This document shows positions 61,301 to 64,000 of a stretch of 64,000 nucleotides of DNA, piece by piece; position 1 is the stretch's first letter, and every line of letters begins with the position of its first letter. The position numbers were made by a program, and so were the translations under genes. The stretch lies in assembly GCA_963765825.1 (NCBI GenBank), contig CAVXXU010000001.1, forward strand, positions 26,801 through 90,800, given 5' to 3'. The notes below the pieces were generated by a model. That model was not told the origin of the DNA, did no database searches, and was given only the letters and a program-made list of their open reading frames with translations. The stretch comes from an uncultured Acidobacteriaceae bacterium. GTDB lineage: Bacteria > Acidobacteriota > Terriglobia > Terriglobales > Acidobacteriaceae.

Positions 61301-62725
61301 CTAGTCCCTGATAAGAGAGCTGGCGGCGTAGCCTACGATGAAGGTCACGGCGGAGCCGATCAGGACCCACCATGTCCAGGGTATGGGAGTGCGGAGCCAA
61401 AGATACAAGTCCATCGCAAAGCCGCAGGCCATTCCGGCGATCGCGCCACGCTGATTGGCGCGGCGCGTTAGCACGCCCAGCAGAAACACTCCGAGTAGAG
61501 CTCCGTACGCCACTGACGCAATCTGCAGGCCGACTTCTACGACGCGCCCAACTTTGTGCAGGGCGATGACCGCCAGTCCGAACAATACAAAAGCCCAAGC
61601 CAGGGTTGCCAGTCGTGAGAGCCGCATCTTGGTTTTCTCGTCGGCCTGGGGACGCAGGCGCGCGTAAAAATCCATGATGGTGGTAGAGGAAAGAGAATTC
61701 AGCGCGGCGCTTAGGTTCGACATGGCGGCAGCGAGGATTGCGGCAATGAGGAGTCCGGAGATTCCGTGCGGCATGCGGGTAACGATAAAGGTGGGATAAA
61801 TCCGGTCAGGCTTGCCGAACACGGCGGAGGGCACGCGGTAGTAGGCCCACAACATAATCCCGACTGTTAGAAATAGCGCAAATTGAAACAAAACGGCAAC
61901 GCCGCTCGATATGAGAGCGGTCGCCGACTGTTTCTGTCCCCGTGCCGCGAGCAAGCGCTGGACGATGAGCTGGTCGGTGCCGTGACTGGCGGTCGTGAAC
62001 ACAGTCCCGCCAATTACTCCAGACCAGAACGTGTAAGGAATCAAAACGTTGGGGCTAAAGTTGAAAACCTGCAGCTTGCCCGTGGCGGCAGCCGATGCGT
62101 GGATCGCACTCCAACCTCCGGGCACGAGGTGAATAATCGTTGCCAAGCCTACGAGCGTCCCGCCAACATAAATCGCGGTCTGCACAACGTCAGTCCAGAT
62201 GACCGCGGCGAGTCCGCCTTCAAACGTGTAGATGACTGTCAGTGCGGTAATGATTGCGATCGATGACATCTCGCCGGTGCCGAGCGCGATTGAGACTACG
62301 ATGGACACGGCATAAACTCGAACGCCTTCCGCGGCGGCTCGAGTCAGGAGAAATAAGCCTGCGGTTAGGGAGCGGAGTCCGCGCCCGAAGCGGCGTTCGA
62401 TTAATTCGTAAGCCGTATAAAGATCGCCGCGAAAGTAATGCGGCAGCAACACCAAGCTGATGACCACGCGGCCGACGCAATATCCCATGACGACTTGAAG
62501 GAATGTGAAGTTCGTGTCGTAGGCGAGGCCGGGAATGCTGATGATGGTGAGGGTGCTGGTTTCGGCAGCAACAATGGAAAGCGCAATCGCCCACCAGGGG
62601 ATGTCGCGCCCGGCAAGAAAATAATCGCGGAGAGAACGCTGCTTTTTGCGGAATCGCAGGCCGAACAGGGTAATGCCTGCCAAGTAAAGCGCGATAATCG
62701 CGAAATCGAGCGGATTGAGGCCCAT
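61301..62725 (-). CDS. sodium:solute symporter family transporter
   Basis: 474 aa, about 13 TM helices, SSF-like N-terminus (YFLAGRDIPWWAIALSIVAAETSTLT). Confidence 0.85.
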   Translation of the reverse strand: MGLNPLDFAIIALYLAGITLFGLRFRKKQRSLRDYFLAGRDIPWWAIALSIVAAETSTLTIISIPGLAYDTNFTFLQVVMGYCVGRVVISLVLLPHYFRGDLYTAYELIERRFGRGLRSLTAGLFLLTRAAAEGVRVYAVSIVVSIALGTGEMSSIAIITALTVIYTFEGGLAAVIWTDVVQTAIYVGGTLVGLATIIHLVPGGWSAIHASAAATGKLQVFNFSPNVLIPYTFWSGVIGGTVFTTASHGTDQLIVQRLLAARGQKQSATALISSGVAVLFQFALFLTVGIMLWAYYRVPSAVFGKPDRIYPTFIVTRMPHGISGLLIAAILAAAMSNLSAALNSLSSTTIMDFYARLRPQADEKTKMRLSRLATLAWAFVLFGLAVIALHKVGRVVEVGLQIASVAYGALLGVFLLGVLTRRANQRGAIAGMACGFAMDLYLWLRTPIPWTWWVLIGSAVTFIVGYAASSLIRD

Positions 62726-62747
62726 CGTGTTTGATTACGAGGACAGA

Positions 62748-62800
62748 AAGCTTTTAACCGCGGAGTTCGCAAAGTGAAATCCGCAGAGATCGCAGAGAAG
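62748..62800 (+). repeat. repeat family S copy
   Basis: aagcttttaaccgcggagttcgcaaagtgaaatccgcagagatcgcagagaag. Confidence 0.7.
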
Positions 62801-62945
62801 AGCTGGCACGGGTGCAGTATTCCCGGCGATCTCCAATTATCAGAGCAATCGCATTTTTGCGGGAGTGAGACTCTATGGTCGGGTTGCCGGCGGAAAGAAA
62901 AGGGTAGCTGCCAGTTGCCGCCCGGTGTGTGCTAAAAATAATCTC

Positions 62946-63893
62946 GTGCTCTACTTTCTTGGCATTGACGGCGGCGGTACTAAGACCACTTGCGCGGTGG
63001 GCGACGAATCGCAACTGCTGGCCGAAGCTACTGCGGGGCCCAGCAACGTTGTTCGCGTCGGAGAAGGGAAGGCGCGCGAGTCGCTGCAGCGGTGCGTGCG
63101 GCAGGCGTGTGTCGCCGCGGGCATTGTCCCCGAGGAAGTGTCGCGCACCTGTGTTGGTGGTGCGGGTGCGGCTCGACCCGAAATTGCGGAGATTGTGCGG
63201 CGTTCGCTGGCTGAAATTTTGCCCACGCCCGTCGACGTTGTGGGCGATATGCAGATCGCTCTCGAAGCTGCTTTCAACACCGGACCTGGTGTTGTTGTCA
63301 ATGCGGGCACTGGTTCGTTCGCATACGGTCGCGATGCGCAGGGAAGGACTGCGCGGGCTGGAGGCTGGGGATTTGCCATTGGTGATGAAGGCTCCGCGCA
63401 CTGGATTGGCCGCGCGGCTGTGACTGCGGTTCTGCGCGCCGCCGATCTGACTGAAGGAGGCGTCAAGAGTGGAGCGAATTCTGCGATTGTGAAATCTTTC
63501 TTTAAAGCCTGGGGAGTGGCGTCGATCGCCGACCTAGCGCGCGCCGCGAATTCTATTCCACCTCCTGACTTTGCGGTCCTGTTTCCAGCCATCGCCAGCA
63601 GTTCCGACGACTTGGCCACGCAAGTTTTGACCGATGCGGGGGGCGAGCTTGCGGAAGTTGCTGCTGTAGTGATTCGGAGACTGTTCGCGAAGGACCATCC
63701 GGGTGCAGTTCCAGTGGCCATGATCGGAGGCGTCTTTCGTCACGCGGCGCTGGTGCGACAGGTTTTTTACAATGAACTCCGCGCCCTGGATCCGAGGGTA
63801 GAAGTGAATCCCCAAGTTGTGGAACCAGTCGAGGGGGCGCTGCGCATGGCGCGAAGAGCGATGGAACGCGGTGTGGGCACTGGCCGTCGTTGA
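62946..63893 (+). CDS. BadF/BadG/BcrA/BcrD-type ATPase (N-acetylglucosamine kinase-like)
   Basis: GTG 62946 gives MLYFLGIDGGGTKT, an ASKHA phosphate-1 motif. VVNAGTGSFAYG and WGFAIGDEGSAHWIG also present. Confidence 0.8.
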   Translation: MLYFLGIDGGGTKTTCAVGDESQLLAEATAGPSNVVRVGEGKARESLQRCVRQACVAAGIVPEEVSRTCVGGAGAARPEIAEIVRRSLAEILPTPVDVVGDMQIALEAAFNTGPGVVVNAGTGSFAYGRDAQGRTARAGGWGFAIGDEGSAHWIGRAAVTAVLRAADLTEGGVKSGANSAIVKSFFKAWGVASIADLARAANSIPPPDFAVLFPAIASSSDDLATQVLTDAGGELAEVAAVVIRRLFAKDHPGAVPVAMIGGVFRHAALVRQVFYNELRALDPRVEVNPQVVEPVEGALRMARRAMERGVGTGRR

Positions 63894-63930
63894 ACGTGTT
63901 TGAGTGGGATGTGAAATTAATTTGCAAAAC

Positions 63931-64000
63931 ATGAATCCGGAAACCGAGAATTCGCGCGAGTCACGAATTGCGGCCGACGGAATTCACGGCGACCCGGGAG
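63931..64000 (+). CDS. possible 5' end of a gene running off the window
   Basis: ATG 63931 opens a frame (MNPETENSRESRIAADGIHGDPG) that stays open to the window end. No further support. Confidence 0.2.
   Translation, partial: MNPETENSRESRIAADGIHGDPG

Overview
This is a GC-rich bacterial chromosomal segment. Gene content and repeat types suggest an Acidobacteriota (Terriglobia-like) genome; that is inference, not a database result. I support about 53 protein-coding genes. I recognised no rRNA, tRNA, CRISPR array or transposase.

Gene content by theme:
- Envelope and murein recycling: a dapF-ldcA-mpl-M61 peptidase-plsC run, plus lpxD.
- A dispersed hopanoid locus: hpnJ with two overlapping 4-TM DMT/SMR-like half-transporters (21.9-24.3 kb), hpnC-hpnD-hpnE (33.6-29.9 kb, minus strand), ispH-shc (40.4-43.5 kb) and hpnA-hpnG (44.7-46.4 kb). 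A small lower-GC islet carrying a BrnT/BrnA-like toxin-antitoxin pair sits between shc and hpnA.
- A complete tolQ-tolR-tolA-tolB-pal-ybgF cluster.
- korAB (2-oxoacid:ferredoxin oxidoreductase).
- Many secreted hydrolases: an S53 sedolisin with Ig-like repeats, a GH18 chitinase, M48 and M61 peptidases, and an HExxH protease.

Most unusual observations:
- A ~53-bp palindromic repeat has three copies whose stems show compensatory changes. Two copies are inserted in frame inside conserved genes (recN and hpnE), reminiscent of Rickettsia palindromic elements.
- A GxxExxY gene is frameshifted and bracketed by ~29-bp inverted repeats of a repeat family that also abuts stop codons.
- A 59-aa His/Arg-rich secreted peptide gene falls just below the 60-aa ORF-track cutoff.
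- An hpnJ-linked pair of half-transporters could be a hopanoid-lipid flippase.
- Two tandem MDR dehydrogenases lie upstream of hpnCDE.
- A CCA/poly(A)-polymerase-family enzyme carries a histone-H1-like Ala/Lys/Pro tail.
- Intergenic spacers are dense with several distinct REP-like and short-period repeat families.

All functional calls come from motif recognition by eye. No searches were run.
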